Assembly (NCBI RefSeq): GCF_001194135.2
Contig: NC_069001.1
Span: forward strand, 36,284,688-36,333,812
Direction of reading: 5' to 3'
Source of the DNA: Octopus bimaculoides
Taxonomy: Eukaryota
Length of the DNA: 49,125 nt
A program made the translations under genes and the position numbers. Shown here one piece after another: positions 48,688 through 49,125 of this stretch. Below the pieces are notes generated by a model that did not search any database, had not been told where the DNA came from, and saw nothing but the letters and a program-made list of their open reading frames with translations. The first letter of the stretch is position 1. Every line of letters begins with the position of its first letter.

Positions 48688-49079
48688 GGTCGGGTTTTGT
48701 TTGTTCAATCCTTTCACGTTTTTATGCCGTTTTTTTTCTTTGTTTTTTTTTTTTATAACTTCCAAAACTTTACTGATTTTTTTTTTTATTTATCTTTTTT
48801 TCTTTGTATTATCAGTTAATTTTGTTTATATTGCTACTTCCTGTTCTGGTTGTAGAATCCAAGGTAGACTTAGGTATATCTATGTTTTATTTAGTTTTAT
48901 ATGTGAACTTGACTATTTCTTTATTTATATTTACACACACATACACATATTTATTGAAATTATTATTTTATATATTTTTTATTTACCTAATAATAATGTT
49001 CATTTTATATTTTTATTCATTTTTATGATGTACATATGTGTGTATATAATATATATATATATATAAACACAATATATAA

Positions 49080-49125
<46 letters not shown>

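Overview
AT-rich eukaryotic draft-genome sequence with about 15 N gaps, saturated with microsatellites and decayed transposons. From memory, the repeat families look like those of octopus or other coleoid cephalopods; this is not database-confirmed. Nearly all long ORFs in the supplied track are microsatellite or N-gap artefacts. Supported content: three tRNA-head SINE families (my labels A, B, C; over 30 copies or fragments), a (GAT)n-tailed short element, piggyBac-like, Tc1/mariner and hAT-like MITEs, protein-level remnants of R4/Dong and RTE LINEs, a 15 x 16-bp minisatellite and several fold-back hairpins. A tentative + strand gene of small, phase-compatible exons (17830-18047, 18122-18140, 26890-26959, 35376-35417) can be assembled but not named. 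I found no rRNA, functional tRNA, CRISPR array or clearly novel biological system. The most interesting signals are the polarized minisatellite that gains AP-1 motifs, the hairpins and inverted repeats (candidate dsRNA/ADAR substrates), microsatellite-associated retroposition, and the micro-exon gene model.
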